A DNA stretch of 56,858 bases, the filler included, from Streblomastix strix (taxonomy: Eukaryota): assembly GCA_008636045.1 (NCBI GenBank). It is 3 parts of 3 records of this genome, joined end to end, with 100 filler letters (N's around TTAATTAATTAA, not from the genome) between each part and the next. Parts side by side here need not be neighbours in the genome. Positions count along the whole stretch, not along the records: positions 1 to 18,890 come from SNRW01000562.1; positions 18,991 to 37,877 come from SNRW01000563.1; 1 more part is not named here. One strand, written 5' to 3'. Under the pieces are notes generated by a model. That model was not told where the DNA came from. It did no database searches and saw only the letters and a list, made by a program, of their open reading frames with translations. Position numbers and translations under genes: made by a program. Below are positions 12,517-23,335 of the stretch, piece after piece. Every line of letters begins with the position of its first letter. The first letter of the stretch is position 1.

Positions 12517-13561
12517 AATTTAAATTTTTCAAACCCAAAATATCTCAGTTACATTTATAAATATTTAATAGTCTTCAATATTTTTATTTAGACAAATCAA
12601 TGATGAAATGTAATTCATAATAAAAACCAAAATGTAAAATGTGTATAAAGATTAAAAATAGAATTTAGAACTAAATTTAAAAATGATAATATCTTAGAAA
12701 ATTATAAATTTTAATGAAGAATATATTAATTATATATTATATAATCAAAATCAAAAGAAAAACTATTTTCATTTCAATCAATATTATTTGATGGTTTCCA
12801 AGATACAATCAAAAATAAAAATTATAAAAAATTGTAGAACTAACAATTGTAATGTTGAAAAATAATAAAATATATAATTATCACATGGAAAATTATTTTA
12901 TTTAAAACCTTTTTAAATATGAAACAGTAATTTGTTCAAAAATTAATAAATTCCAGATTTTGCAATTTGGAGACATTTTTTTATTATTAATTTGCTGCAT
13001 ATATTTATGTAAATTTATAAAAAATTATATTTATTATATATTTCTGAATATTTCTATTATAATATTTTAATCTCAAATAAAATAAATTTTAAAAAACAAA
13101 TTTTAATAAATCGTTCTGGATCTCGATAACTTCTAGTTGAAGGTATATCGGAGTTAATAAATTCTTGTGCAATATATGCTATAGATTAATAATTTGTTAA
13201 TAACTCAAAACTGACCATCCGGACCATTTATTGGACTTAGGGTAAAAGCCCAGATTTTCACCCAATGTTTATTATACAAAATTACAATAATTGAAAAATT
13301 TGAAATAGTGGATTGAATTAAATAACGAAAAAACAAAAATTTCCTGTTTTCACGAACTCATGCAGCTAAAAACGCAGTAATTGTCCATCAATGTATCTGA
13401 AAAAACTTTAAAAAAAAATTATAATTTTTGCTAGTTTTTACAGCGGAGGCAAGTAGAAAATTTGCAACTCCAGCTATTGTTCTAAAAATTAATTTTAATA
13501 TTTTTAAATAAAAAAAAATACGAAGAGATCCTACTAAATGGACACTCCCATATATATTATC

Positions 13562-13725
13562 CAGTACTTGAATAGCTTCCATTTATATATTACAGCTCTT
13601 GAAAAGCTTTCATTTTATATATTACAGCACTTTAATAGCTTCTTTTTATATTTTCCAACACTTGAATAGTTTCTATTTATATTTTTCAGCTTTTGTTTAG
13701 CTTCCATTTATATATTTCAGCACAT
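13562..13725. repeat. 31-bp minisatellite, about 5.3 degenerate copies
   Basis: Units start at 13562, 13593, 13625, 13656, 13687 and 13718. Consensus about CAGCACTTGAATAGCTTCCATTTATATATTA. No spacers. Confidence 0.85.
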
Positions 13726-14449
13726 TATACTACTTCACATGGTTTATTTACCACTTTTTGCCTCTGCTAAAACTAATAACATTCCTTTTAGTCAAGATTA
13801 TAACTATTTGGTTTTAATAAATATAAAAAATATAAAATTAAAATATAAAATGAAAATTTTATATTAAAGATTAATATTTAATAACAAAAATTAATCATTA
13901 TAATATTAAAAAAAATTTTATAATTGACAGAGGTTTTTTTTACTAAAATTTGTATAAATTTTTAATTATTAAATAAATTAACATTAAATTTCGTATTGAA
14001 TATCACAAATTTTAACTTTGTTCATTCCAAAACTGTTCCTCAATGGGAACTATATCTCGATAATCCTTCTATAGATTTCCGAAATAATTTGGAATTGATA
14101 TCCATTTCATATATGTAATAATAATCTTTTACAAAGTTTATCATGCATCTGGAGCTACAACCCAAAATTGGAAAAATATTTTTCAAAAAAATAAGATTCT
14201 AAATTTATTTTGAAAATAATATATTAAAATTAAAAATTTAAATTTAAATAATAATAGATATAATCAATACATAAAATAAATATGTTAATTGCAAAAACTT
14301 TAAATCTGATCAATAAATATTTTCAAATTATTTTTTCAGAAAATAAAATTTAAATGCATATTTATTTATAAACCTTCTTAGAATATTTTTTTGGGACAGT
14401 TAAAAGTTCTTTATATTAAATTAATGTATTCAAATTAATTCATTTTCAA

Positions 14450-15276
14450 TTATATTTCCTTTTATTGCTGTTATTCCTTCTCATATTCAATAAGTTATTA
14501 TCTTTCTCTTTCTAATTGCAATTCATGAAGTTTCATTTTATATCTAAGCACTTGTTTCTGAAAATAAAGGTTTTCGAACTTCAAAAATTAAATTTGAATC
14601 TTTTTCTTATTATTGTTATTATTCTTATTTACATTCTTCATCTTTTAATTCACTTTTCATCTCATTTATTTTAATACTATTACTAATACTATTATTAATA
14701 TCATTATTATCATCTACATGTCCAACAATTGAATCAGGGGTTGGAGGATGCTTTAGGAATAAGAATTTGTGAAGAAAGCAAAATAAAAGGGTTTTGGAAT
14801 TTAATCCTAAATTTGGTTTTGATCTTCATTTTCTTTTTCATTGTTTATTCTTTCCTTTCAATCAATATTTTATTCATATTCAGGAGTTGGTGCATTTAGA
14901 ACAGGTTGGGTTGCTTTTATTATTTGTGATTATTGAAGCTATGTTTGTTAAGAAGTATATTATTTTCCATCTATATTTGTTCAGTTTTTGTTTTTTCTTT
15001 ATTTTTTTTCTTTTTGTTTTTCTTTTTGCATCTGTTTCTTCTTCTGATTTTTCTTCATGTCCAAATCAAAGTATAAATCGAGTCATTTTTCTTCTTCTTC
15101 CCGAATTCTGACATCTTTTTTATTTTCATATTCATATTCTAAATCTTGTTAATGATCAAACCCAAGAATATCATAATGTGTTTATTATTATTAATACTAA
15201 TTAATGTGTTTATTCACTTCTTTATCCTAATTCTGAATCTATAATTAATTAGCATTTTCATTATTATTAACATTAA

Positions 15277-15309
<33 letters not shown>

Positions 15310-17475
15310 TTATCTTAACATTCATATCTGGTCAAGGTTCTGGTGGTCGATTTATCAGAGTTAATTCAAAAACAGCAGAAACAGGTCTATGATCACCAAA
15401 TGAGTATTTCTAATGTTTTGAATACAAAAGAGGATCAATTTCAAAGTATTGTTTAGTCTCATCATAGAAGAAACGGTTCATGTTTTCTGGGGTACGTAGA
15501 TTACCAACTATTTAATCATTGTTGTAATTCTCTATGTGTGCTTGATGTTTTGAAGATGATTATAATTATTTGTTGCTCTTTTCATTTGATATTGAATATG
15601 AACCTGTTGATTCGGCAATGATGGATGAATTAGAAGATGATGATGAAGAAGATGTATATGATTCAGATGCTGATCTTTATACAATGGATGATTAATCAGT
15701 ACCAGATTATGAACTTAGAATTGATATCGGTGGATTTGGATCTGTTGGAAGTAATTTTAGTTATTATTATTATTGTTTTTATATTTATATCTAAGCATTT
15801 GTTTCTGATGATAAATGTTATGATAGTTCAACATTTGAATTTAAATCTTTAATTGGTTATTATTATTATTTTAACTAATTCATAGGTTTTAATGAAGCAA
15901 ATAATTGATTTGATCGAAGCAAAGTTCTGCTTAGAGGTGATGAAGATGAATTTATTGGTAATATCAATGATTGAGTCAATGACATTGGTCGTATAGAAGA
16001 ATTTTTGAACATTGGAATTGATTGAAAAAGAATTGGTGTTTATGAAGCTTATTATTTGTTCATTTGGCTTTGATCAATAAATTATTTTCTATCATCATTT
16101 GATTGTTCATCTTAATTTATCTATTCATTTTTTATCTGAAATATTTTCATTTTCTTATTTCATATCTTCCAATTATTTATCTACTTTCTCTTTCACATCT
16201 AATATCATTATTATTTATTATTATTATTTATTCTCAGAATCTTCACTCTCTTACTTAGAAATCAATTTATTCATTATCTATAATTTGAATATTATTGATT
16301 AAGCCAATTTTTTCTATATTAATTGAAAATTGTCAATGTCGGTTATGTATTTTGCTTTTCCAATACTGGTAATAGTGCTAATGGCGCTCAAATTGACTTC
16401 TATTTGTCTTATTTATATGATAATTCAGTATTTAAGTCATTTTACTGCAAATTTTCTTATTACAATTCTGATTACTGAACAATCTCCAATAAGTTTTCAT
16501 TCATTTAATTTTTCTATAAATTCAAAATCGATTTTTACTAAATTTCTTTATTAAACTGAATTAATTCATTTTACAATAGTAATAATTCAGATGGAGGAGG
16601 TAATGGTGGGAAATCTGAAGGTTTTTGAGGAGGAAATGGAGATAAATATCTGTAAGAATCAGATGAAAAAGAAGATGATATGGAATCTCTTCTTTCAAAT
16701 GGATGATTCTCATATGATTTGTTTGTTGTAGTTGAATTTCATTGTTATTAATTTGTTGATCATGTTGTTTATAATTCATGTTATTATTCATCAAGGGTGT
16801 TTAATTGAAAATTGAAAATTCAGTTAGAATTAGAAGGTGAATCATTTGATGAAGAATATGAAGATGTTGACTGATATGTTGATGTAGACGTATATAATGT
16901 TTAAAGACGTTAAAATATATTTGATTGATTTAAGGATAATATTTATGATTGTTATATTAATGGTAATTAATTCTTGGGGGTTGGAACTTGTGTTGGATCG
17001 TTTCTGCGGAAGAGAAGAATGTCACATCATGCAAGAAGTTACATCTTATGACTAAGATAATATATTATAATAAGAAATAATTAAATAAAATATATAAAAT
17101 ATAACAAAATATATCAACAAAATAATAATAAAAATAAATTTTTTAATTTTTTACTCATTATTCAAACCTCGTATCAAACGCATGGCTCCCAACATTAAAC
17201 CTGTAAGTTGGACCAAAAGTGAGCCTCGTCTCTTCAAACTCATCAAAACTTCTCTTGTAATGCCTTTCCATATTCAACTCATCAAAAGTTAATAGTCTTT
17301 CTAATTTACGACATAATAATGCTCTTCAATATCTTTTCTTTGCATCTCCATCAATATACCGAAGTTTAAGTCTCCCATGAAGAAGCAGAGATCGTGCTAG
17401 TTGGCTGGTACGCATGATTGAGATAATTTATCAAAGAATGATTCACGCATCATGCAATGGAAATCGTTACAACGT
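14450..17475 (-). pseudogene. Inositol polyphosphate 5-phosphatase (C-terminal half) with long low-complexity insertion and tail
   Basis: RCNDFH, HDLCFFMGDLNF, LTFDELNME and TFGPTYRF, then an intron (donor 17167), then LA*CDILLFR (the PxWCDRIL motif with TGA at 17027-29), and ~1.6 kb later FGDHRPVSAVF (~15390). One-base frameshift at ~17320 and another TGA at ~15333. The N-terminal half is not seen. Confidence 0.8.
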
Positions 17476-17725
17476 CAACTTGTTTTTTATGCAAATATTT
17501 GGAAAAATTAATTGATAATTAAATTAATAGGGCAAAAGATAAATGAAGTTAACAAGTAACAACAGTCAAATCAAAGCTATAAGTTAAGGCTTACGAAGTT
17601 TCGCCAAAGTCTTAAAGAATTCGCGAGTTCAATCCCTAGCAATTAGAAGCGATAACAGTACAGCAGTTTTCGACATTAGGAAATGGAGAGCATCAATATC
17701 ATTAATAAAAGAAATCAAACTGGTA

Positions 17726-18890
17726 TAGTAGAACTCCGTTAATTCAGACTCAGTTAATTCAGACATTCGAATAATTCAGACTTTATAAAAAATTATTCAA
17801 ATTAATTTAAAAATTAGCATTAAATTTATCGTTTAATTCAGAAATTTTATTCGGATAATTCAGACTTTTTTAAAAAATTTTAATAGATAAAAATTTAAAA
17901 TTAATATATTTTTTTTTAAAAAATAATTTTTTTTAAAGAAAATTTCTTAAATTTTGATTCAAATAAAATTTAAGCGATTTTTTTTAAAAATCTTAATTAA
18001 TTTTTATTTTATTTTCAACTCAAATTATTCTTTTTTGTTACAAAAAATGTATTTTTTATATTTAAACTTTTAAAATTAATACCGAAAGGATATTTTTTTT
18101 AATGAAAAATTAAAAATCTATCTTTTTTTTATTAGAAATTATAAATTCACTCTTTACTATGGGTCACAAAGGTAACATAATGGTTTCTATTAACAAATCC
18201 CAGATCAATATGAAGTCGTTATCCAGGATTAAGATTAAAACTTTGACCGCTTTGAAATGAAACGTTAATTTATCTCATATACTCTCGTCCAGTTGCTTCA
18301 AGAATCGGACCGTCTACCAATTCGTGAGAATTACGCATCTTAATAATATATTAATCTATGTTCTCTTCAACTTCCGCCTGAATATATCTATTAAAATTTT
18401 TCTTTTTCTTTTTCTTTTTTTCAATTTTTGCTTCTTCAGCTGATACAAATTGATGCATGAGGTCAACTTCTTTCTTATATGCCACAAGACAATTGATTGC
18501 CTTCTCCCTTACATTCTCGAATTGATCTTCACTTTTGTATAAAGCAACAGATACAGAGTGAAAAAAACAGTCATTACCAGCTTGATTATTGACAACACGC
18601 TTGTTCTACGATTTTACTAGATTTTTCATCTCCTTCGTATCATCATCTTCTTCTTTATCGCTATCATTTGAACCTCATTGTTCCGTAATTTTTTCATCAT
18701 TTTCAGATTATTGTTCTTCTGCGAACGAGCAGTCATAGAGGCTTATTGCATTGCTTTTGTAGCTGTTATCTTCAGTATTCTCACTTTATGTATCAAAATC
18801 GTCATCAATAGTATAGCATTTTCTTTTCAAAAAATTCACTTCATTCAAATTTGTAGACATTTCGGAAATTGACTCTGAATGGCGAACCAA
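17726..18890. mobile_element. One end of a Tc1/mariner (pogo/Tigger-like) element, truncated by the contig end
   Basis: TA|TAGTAGAACTCCGTTAATTCAGAC resembles pogo-type TA|CAGTAGAAC termini. Subterminal TAATTCAGA(C) is repeated at 17740, 17755, 17772, 17834 and 17856. The partner TIR is not in the contig. Confidence 0.55.
18147..18890 (-). pseudogene. OTU-like cysteine protease domain at the C-terminus of a 5'-truncated ORF
   Basis: Acidic linker, then KRVVNNQAGNDCFFHSVSVALYKSEDQFENVREKAI...IDQYIIKMRNSHELVDGPILEATGREYMRQI...HIDLGFVNRNHYVTF...KE* (TGA 18147-49). The OTU Cys loop and HY motif are present. Two in-frame TGAs lie upstream (~18676, ~18841). Confidence 0.72.
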
Positions 18891-18990
18891 NNNNNNNNNN
18901 NNNNNNNNNNNNNNNNNNNNNNNNNNNNNNNNNNTTAATTAATTAANNNNNNNNNNNNNNNNNNNNNNNNNNNNNNNNNNNNNNNNNNNN
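18891..18990. other. Artificial contig linker
   Basis: 44 N + TTAATTAATTAA (18935-18946; standard-code stops in all six frames) + 44 N. Confidence 0.98.
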
Positions 18991-21667
18991 GAGGTTATAA
19001 TACAGATTGTTAAATAAATTATTGTTCTTTTTACTAAGCAAAGTCAAAGAAAGGTTCTTAATTATAATTTTAATTAAATTATAAATTTTGATTATTTGTC
19101 TGTTCTATTGAATTAATTTCATTGGCATTTGTATCAGATCCCATTTAATTCAGCATATCAACTTATATATCTCCTTATTTCTCAAATAATTCAACATTTG
19201 ATTTAGTCTCATCAACTTTTGTATTATTTCCATCAGTTGAATTTAAATTGATTTACTGCTTAATTTATGATTGTTTTTTGAGTTTATATTTTGGTTTTGA
19301 AAGAATAGCAGGACTTGCGATTTGTTTAAATTCTGGTTTATGTAAGAGTGGAGAAGTAAGTGTTTGAATAACAGTTGGAGGTTAATGAAGTGGAGGTAAA
19401 TGTAATTCATTAAAAAATGGTGGTTGAAGTGTATTTATAGAAGGAAAATTTCTTCCATTTGCTAACATTTACTACTAAATTTGAATATCAGTTTGATAAC
19501 CAAAGTTTTATTTCATCCAATTTTAATTCATTGGTTGGATTAAATTTTATTGATTAGTGATAAAATGAGGTTATTAATAAGGAAAATTTTGATTCTATAA
19601 ATATTATTATTATTATAAGGGTTATAGGTTATTTTGAATATTCATATTTGGATTTGATTGATTGTTTAGAATATTTTAATTTTGAGTTATTTATTAAATA
19701 GGTGAATTTATTGGAAGAAGAGAAGAAGGAGTAAATGGAAGAAAGGAAATAGGAGTAAATGAATGAAGAGAAAACTATGGAGATTGAGATGGATTAGAAT
19801 GAGGATTATGTTATTGAATGTTATTGTTTTACTATGTTTCATTATTTTCTATTGATGATGCCCTCTAAGATGATTCTCTTTAATCACTAATTTGGCTTAT
19901 AGGAGTTTGCAGTTATAATGAAGGACTAATAGATTAAATATTTGTTTTGATTTGAACTGAAGGAGAAGCGGGATTAAAAGAATTAGTTTATTCATTCTAA
20001 ATTTATTTTAATAAATCACTTTATATAGTTTGATTAGTTGCATTTGTTGAACTTTAGCTTAAATTACTCTTAATTTCAATGTTTCTTTATTCATTCTAAT
20101 TATGAATTGAATTATTTTGTTATGAGTTAATTGCAAGATTAGAATGCATTCCTTTCGGTTTAAATTCTTTATATTTTCTTTGTTTCTTTTGAGAATTATC
20201 AATAATATTAGATTCATTATTATCTTTTATTTAATTTTCTTATTTTTCAGTTTATTTTTTCACTTATTCATTTTAATCTATAGTTTGCTTGTTTTATTAT
20301 GAATTAAAAGGCGAAATTTAAACATTATTTTCTTTAAATGGGGTAAATGAAACTTAAACTGGTGATTTAGAAGTCATTTATTCTAAATTTATATTATTAG
20401 AATTGAAATTTGAGGAAATTTATAAATCTGAAGAAGAAGTTTCTTTTGTTTGGTGCGCAGATGGAATATGAAAAGGTTGAATTGGTAAATTAGATAATAA
20501 TGAATTTGAGTCTTATTGTTTATATTCTTATTCTACTACACTTTCATTGTTTGTAATTTTATCTATTTGCAATTAATCATCAATATTTTTCAATGATTTA
20601 AACTCTATACCTGAAAAGCTCTTATACTTTTCATCATCTGTATTTTATCCATTATTTAATGGAGATTAACTGAGATTGAATGAATTTGGTGTCAGAGACC
20701 TTTAAAAAGTAACGTCCTTGTATTATTGTTGATAATTAATGAAATTGTGCATATTTTAATCAAATTGAATTGAAGTTTGTGTTAATTAAGGAGATAGTGA
20801 CTGAGAAATGGAAGAAGGTGTGTGGGAAGGAGATTGAGATTATTATGATTATTATTATCTCAAGAAAGATTGGATCAAATGAGGCAAAATGTTCTGAGAT
20901 TAATTAGACTGAGATTAAAGTGCTTTTTTAATCTCATTTGTTGTGTCTTCATTCAAGTTAACATTTGATGGCAGTTGTATACTAACATATTTTGAATCCA
21001 TTTGTAGTGGTGATGCGCATTAATATTGCTATCCTTGCTAGCTTTCAGTTCCATCAATTACATATTTAGCAGGCTAAGCAGAACTTGGAGATTAAGATAT
21101 CATATAGAAAGGAGAATATATTAGAATAGGTGTCATAGACGATGGTTGAAATTGAGGAGTTGAATGAGAGGGAGTTTAGCTTGAAATCAGAGATTATGCA
21201 ATTTGAGTTTAATTTTGAGAAAAGGGAAATTTAGTAACTGTTACTGAAACAGGGTTTGAATTAGAATCTTGAGTTTCAGAAAGAGTATTTGACTAATTTG
21301 CTTCAGTCATACTAGAATCTTGCGATAAGTCTTCATTACTAATTCCATTTTGTTTTCTCAGTTTACTTTTCTCATTTTTAAATTATAAAAGTTAGTTAGA
21401 TTATACATTTTGGATTTAATTAGCATTCTCTAATTAATTCGAGCTAGATTAAATTTAAGATTCATTTTATGTTTCAGATTGCTATTATTTATTGGATTTA
21501 TTTGGTATCTATGAAGATATATTTGAATGAGATTATGTTTATGTTGATAATTGAATTGAAAGAGGTGAGTTCGATGATTGGCTGCTATGTAAGGAATTTG
21601 AAGATATTGGAATTGTCATAAATGATGGTTATGTACTAAAGTTACTAGCATTAATCTTTCCATTCAT
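18991..21667 (-). CDS. Hypothetical Q/S/N/P-rich low-complexity protein, 3'-truncated (>890 aa)
   Basis: The TAR=Gln frame from ATG 21667 (MNGKINASNFSTQPSFMTIP) is the same frame as at the contig end (..QQSVLQP). The frame stays open upstream to a TGA at 21788, so the true start is uncertain. Confidence 0.7.
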
Positions 21668-21764
21668 CTCATAAATAGAAACTTACTGTTGTTTATTAAA
21701 TTATCTTTCATTTTTTTGATGGTGCTCTTTTTTCTTGTAGTGATGAATTTTTTAAACTTACAAT

Positions 21765-22160
21765 ATGAATATTACTGCACCAATGGATCAATAAATAGTA
21801 CCACAAGAAATTGATATTGCGAATAATAACAATATCCAAAATTCTTCTGGTTTTATTCCGCGATGTTTCCATTGTGCACAATTTGGACATACAATCAGTG
21901 ACTGTCCATATCTATAGAACAAAGATAAAGACAAAATTCATGATATATGTTTTAAATGTGGAGAACGTGGCCACTTCTCGAATAACTGTCCAAATGCAGA
22001 TTAGCCGATCTGCTTCTTATGTAAATAACGAGGACATTTATAAAGATATTGCCCATTCAAATAGCAATAACATGATCGTTTTCATTTTTCTAGAAAAAAT
22101 GATTCTGAAAATTAAGCAAATTCTCCTTTTAAAGAAAAAGATAAATAATCAGATACGTGA
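21765..22160 (+). CDS. Zinc-knuckle protein with three CCHC motifs (CNBP/Air-like)
   Basis: MNITAPMDQQ...RCFHCAQFGHTISDCP...ICFKCGERGHFSNNCP...ICFLCKQRGHLQRYCP...SDT* (TGA 22158-60). Confidence 0.88.
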
Positions 22161-23335
22161 TAATAAATAATATCCTTTGAATATTGGAATTGAATAACGA
22201 TATAGAACAATATGAATTCATATTTTCTTTGTTTGTGATAATTTAAATGAAATAAATTTAATTTTTTTATTCATTATCAATTTTATTTATTCAGTTATAA
22301 TTTTAATTATTACGAATATACTGAGCATCAGTCTTGAACTTCAAAAACCTTCTTTTAATTACATTTTCGTTATTGATATAGAGATTAATCATTTTTTATT
22401 TATTATTTTTTTTTTATATTTATAGGCTTCAGTTTGCCTTTTTTTACATATAAATAAATATTTCAGAACTAATATTCAATTATAATTTATCAATATTTTC
22501 ATTGAGATGAATTTGATTATTAGTTAATGAAAATAAATTTGCTCTTGTTTAAGTCATAATCAATTAAGTAGAAAAAACAGAAATGAATAGGGAAAAAAAC
22601 AAATTTATTATTATTATTCGTAAAAAAAGTTGAAGAATGAGAGATAGTATACATAGATGTCTTATAAAAGACTCTGAAATATATTAGAAAGTGAATATAT
22701 ATGGTATTAGTATGTTTTAACTGTGTTTGTGAATGATATATCTCCAATTCTCTTATTTTTAGCAATTAAATAATCAATAATAATAACATAAATATATATT
22801 GCAATAGGACATTTTGTTTAAAGTTCAACTTTTGTTTGTAATGAAATTTCGTATATAAAAATTATATTTCACATTGTACACCGTGCTTGAACTATTTCTA
22901 GGTTTACACTTAAAATATAACTAGATTGTCTCTCATTTATTTACATTATTTTTTACTTAAGTCAAAATTAAACCAAATAAACTAGTTAACTATGCTCCAA
23001 AATTCCACATTTTAACTTAATATTTTTCATTAACTATCAAATAATATTCTATATAAATCCACAAATTAACTTTTTTATTCACATATAAATCATTTAGTAT
23101 GACTAATGCTCATAATATTAATTATAATAAAAAATATAAAAATAATAAAAATAATCTTTAATGTCACATTTCATTGGACATATTTTTACTTAAAAACAAA
23201 ATTATTACATTAAAAGCATGTTGTAGCTTAATATTAATGATGAAATTCAATATATTATGATTTTTATTTCTTTTATTTTTTATCTTTTTCTTTAAATTTT
23301 ATTTTATTTGTTTATTTTATACTTAAAATGTAGAA

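Larger units (their letters stand above)
7002..13263. mobile_element. Sola-like DDD DNA transposon (6262 bp) carrying a dynein heavy-chain fragment
   Basis: TIRs GGGTGAAAATCTGGGCTTTCACC (7002) and GGTAAAAGCCCAGATTTTCACCC (ends 13263), 22/23 identical. Shared inverted subterminal motifs TGGTCCGGAT (7028 / ~13218) and TAACTCCGA (~7134 / ~13148). The TIRs enclose a transposase ORF. The flanks share only AAT. Confidence 0.8.

Noticed and set aside
13562..13725. CRISPR-like array of ~31-bp repeats
   Set aside because: The units are head-to-tail and degenerate with no unique spacers, there are no cas genes, and the context is eukaryotic.
18935..18946. TTAATTAATTAA as a biological palindrome or piggyBac site
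   Set aside because: It is centred in N runs and repeated identically at 37922, so it is a synthetic linker.
21765..22160. Retrotransposon gag
   Set aside because: There is no capsid, protease, RT or LTR nearby. A short cellular 3x CCHC protein fits better.
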